DNA of 27,684 nt from a virus. This document shows, one piece after another, positions 25,775-27,684 of this stretch (the first letter of the stretch is position 1; the number at the start of each line of letters is the position of its first letter). Under the pieces are notes generated by a model. It had not been told where the DNA came from. It saw nothing but the letters and a program-made list of their open reading frames with translations, and made no database searches. The stretch lies in the UHGV virus genome UHGV-0027489; one strand, given 5' to 3'. Made by a program: the position numbers and the translations under genes.

Positions 25775-25786
25775 GTGACATGTCAC
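25775..25786. repeat. Perfect 12-bp palindrome GTGACATGTCAC (copy 3 of 3)
   Basis: At the early/late junction: overlaps the stop codon of the Cys-rich gene and lies 30-110 bp upstream of the small-terminase start. Confidence 0.6.
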
Positions 25787-26130
25787 ACTATTAATTTCGT
25801 TTCATGCCAGCCTTTAGTCACCCAGCATTGCGAGTCACCATTACACGGGCATGAATTAACGGGAACTCTCTCGCCGCACTTACCGCAAAGTTTTCTGCTG
25901 ATCGATTTTATACGCCCGCGCACACGTGCATCATCCTGGCGGATCAGCAGCGCGATGTACTCGGCCATTTCATAGGGATCGCGACCAGGGCGCCGGGCGG
26001 CGCAGTTCCGCGCCAGCATTTCCTGCTCCTGCTTATCCAGCACCAGTTCAATTTTGCGCTCACCGGCGGCGGACTGCCGAGCGCGCTGCGCGGCTTTGCG
26101 TTCTGCGGGGGATTTAGCCACGAATCGCAC
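25783..26130 (-). CDS. Basic Cys-rich small protein (zinc-finger-like C-terminus); candidate transcriptional regulator
   Basis: C-terminal C-x2-C-x8-C-x-C (CGKCGERVPVNSCPC); basic N-terminal region; last early-region gene before the terminase. The 115-aa ORF starts at GTG; internal ATGs would give 78 or 61 aa. Confidence 0.4.
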   Translation of the reverse strand: MRFVAKSPAERKAAQRARQSAAGERKIELVLDKQEQEMLARNCAARRPGRDPYEMAEYIALLIRQDDARVRGRIKSISRKLCGKCGERVPVNSCPCNGDSQCWVTKGWHETKLIV

Positions 26131-26236
26131 TCCACGCCAGATTGATTAATGACTCCCAGGTAATATAAACCCGGATACCAGCAGCCAGGCCGAAACCAAT
26201 CACCATGGCATAAAGCAGAGCGTTGCACTTGTTCAT
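26114..26236 (-). CDS. Small hydrophobic peptide (40 aa), tentative
   Basis: Hand-translated: strong AGGAGG RBS 7 nt before ATG 26236, ATGA overlap with the stop of the upstream gene; one predicted TM segment (MNKCNALLYAMVIGFGLAAGIRVYITW...). Below the track cutoff. Confidence 0.3.
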   Translation of the reverse strand: MNKCNALLYAMVIGFGLAAGIRVYITWESLINLAWSAIRG

Positions 26237-27003
26237 CACTTCACCTCCTGCGGCGGTTCTGGTAGCGGCATCCAGTGAGTTACGTCATCCAAGATATTTC
26301 CTGATAAATACGTGAAAGCTCTATATTTTTTGTAATCAATTGGATTTACAACCCAGTTCCAATATGCGGCCACGATTTCACCTTGACTAAATGCCAGTAA
26401 CATTTTGGTGTCTTCCGGCATTCGCTCACTACAGCTTATCCAACCATCCGGAGTTACCGGAGAGTTGACCTTTTCGTTGGCATCACCAAGATGGTTAACC
26501 ATCCCGAGCTTATCCTCGGGATGGTTCTTACCCTCATGTGTGTGGGAGACATTGGCACCCTGAAGCATGGCTGCGCGGCAGGAGTTCCAGCCTTGAACCT
26601 TAGCTATTGCAACAACTGCATCAGTAAAGAACATTCTCGCGGTATCTGGCTCAGGCATTTCAGCCGGCACCGCTTGCTGCGGTAACTGTGGTGCCTTCAG
26701 TGACTCCAATTCAGCGATGCGCTTCTCTGCTGCTCCCAGCTCATCCAGCAGCGCCAAGACGGTAGCCGGATTGGCTGCGGCGATGAATTCAGCATTGGCC
26801 TGCTGTTCCATTTGGAAATCTTCATCGAAACCGCTTTCAGGATGCGCTCCTTCAATTCTGCAAATGGGGATATATCCAGCAGCCTCGCGATGAATTAGCG
26901 CATCATCACCATCAAATCGGCCCTCTCCATATTCGAGCGACCACTCGCCACACGTTGCTTTTTCTGCCTTAGCACGCAGTGCCTGATAGTCAATCTTGTT
27001 CAC
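26236..27003 (-). CDS. Ea22-like / DUF551-like lambdoid early-region protein
   Basis: N-terminal NKIDYQALRAKAEKATCGEW...LLDELGAAEKRIAELE resembles the Ead/Ea22 family and the Trp-rich C-terminus (HWMPLPEPPQ) resembles DUF551, both from memory; start set at GTG 27003 (GGGAGA RBS, 14-nt overlap with the upstream gene) rather than the track's ATG 27084. Confidence 0.5.
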   Translation of the reverse strand: MNKIDYQALRAKAEKATCGEWSLEYGEGRFDGDDALIHREAAGYIPICRIEGAHPESGFDEDFQMEQQANAEFIAAANPATVLALLDELGAAEKRIAELESLKAPQLPQQAVPAEMPEPDTARMFFTDAVVAIAKVQGWNSCRAAMLQGANVSHTHEGKNHPEDKLGMVNHLGDANEKVNSPVTPDGWISCSERMPEDTKMLLAFSQGEIVAAYWNWVVNPIDYKKYRAFTYLSGNILDDVTHWMPLPEPPQEVK

Positions 27004-27292
27004 TGGTTGTCTCCCTTGCTGGGCTTTCGAATGTATCAAACTCAAACAACTTAACCACGTCATCAAACAGGACATAATCGCCATCAGAATCTTCAGTCAT
27101 GTCAGCGCCACAATCCTGACCGAACGAGTCACAACCATCCATATCAAGCTCGTATCGCTTGAGTTTTGCGATATTTGATAAATTCAGCGCCAGTACAGCC
27201 AGGTCATAAACCTCTTCGGCAGTGACATCGCTGTTCAGTCCCATTTCATGTCGATATATGATTTTTTCTACTCGTTGTTTTGTGATTGTCAT
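26990..27292 (-). CDS. Acidic small early-region protein (100 aa), unknown function
   Basis: ORF with ATGA overlap to the upstream gene; highly acidic C-terminal half. Confidence 0.4.
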   Translation of the reverse strand: MTITKQRVEKIIYRHEMGLNSDVTAEEVYDLAVLALNLSNIAKLKRYELDMDGCDSFGQDCGADMTEDSDGDYVLFDDVVKLFEFDTFESPARETTSEQD

Positions 27293-27678
27293 TTTTGCTC
27301 ACCTCCCTGTTCTTCCAGAAAAATACGCATAGCCTCAAGCATCTCTTCGGTGTCATACGGTGATAACTTGTCACGCAGGATGTGTTCAATGCTGTTAATG
27401 AACTTGCGGATTGCTTTGCGTTCAATTTCAGCCAGGAAAGCATCGGTGGCTGGGGTGTCTGATTGCAGAGACTTTGCGCGATAGTCATTCCACCCTCTTG
27501 CATACATGGGATTAACTTGCACTCCATCTTTTACGCAATATGCCTGACCTCCACGGTTGATAACCTTGATTTCGTCCATTGCGCCAGACTTCATCCCCGC
27601 ATTCTCCGCTGCCAGCGCATTAGCACGCACCAGTTGCACTTCCAGTTGCGTTGCCAAATCGCTGATCAGCTTTGCCAC
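27289..27678 (-). CDS. Early-region protein (129 aa as seen), unknown function; 5' end may lie beyond the window
   Basis: ORF begins at a GTG only 6 nt from the window edge, so the true start may be outside the window. Confidence 0.35.
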   Translation of the reverse strand: MAKLISDLATQLEVQLVRANALAAENAGMKSGAMDEIKVINRGGQAYCVKDGVQVNPMYARGWNDYRAKSLQSDTPATDAFLAEIERKAIRKFINSIEHILRDKLSPYDTEEMLEAMRIFLEEQGGEQK

Positions 27679-27684
27679 ACTGCG

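Noticed and set aside
1-27684. CRISPR arrays, insertion sequences/transposases, integrase, or a recognisable defence system (restriction-modification, toxin-antitoxin, Abi).
   Set aside because: No regularly spaced direct repeats, no transposase- or recombinase-like ORFs and no recognisable nuclease/methylase motifs were seen; candidate accessory functions are limited to the morons described above.

Overview
This window reads as one contiguous block of a temperate tailed-phage (prophage) genome, most likely a podovirus of the epsilon15/phiV10-like type; that assignment is from gene order and motifs recalled from memory, not from any search. Almost all genes are on the minus strand, running right to left: lambdoid-type early genes (an Ea22-like/DUF551-like protein and a Cys-rich small protein), small and large terminase, portal, scaffold, major capsid, small head/connector proteins, five tail/ejection proteins (three of them 600-837 aa, no tape-measure gene), two small membrane proteins, tailspike, and a lysis cassette (two membrane proteins, GH19-type endolysin, Rz with embedded Rz1) closed by an intrinsic terminator. 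Three plus-strand insertions ('morons') interrupt this operon: (1) a visibly AT-rich membrane acyltransferase converging on the tailspike 3' end, probably an O-antigen seroconversion gene; (2) an 85-aa gene behind a near-consensus LexA box between the ejection genes and the tailspike; (3) a tRNA-Arg(UCU) with a ~320-nt ORF-free leader plus a 123-aa conserved phage protein between large terminase and portal. The most interesting signals are regulatory: morons 2 and 3 share a duplicated composite operator-like element, and a perfect 12-bp palindrome GTGACATGTCAC occurs three times at module junctions. No CRISPR array, integrase or attachment site is visible. Protein family calls are unverified, and gene starts are approximate where GTG/TTG starts are possible.
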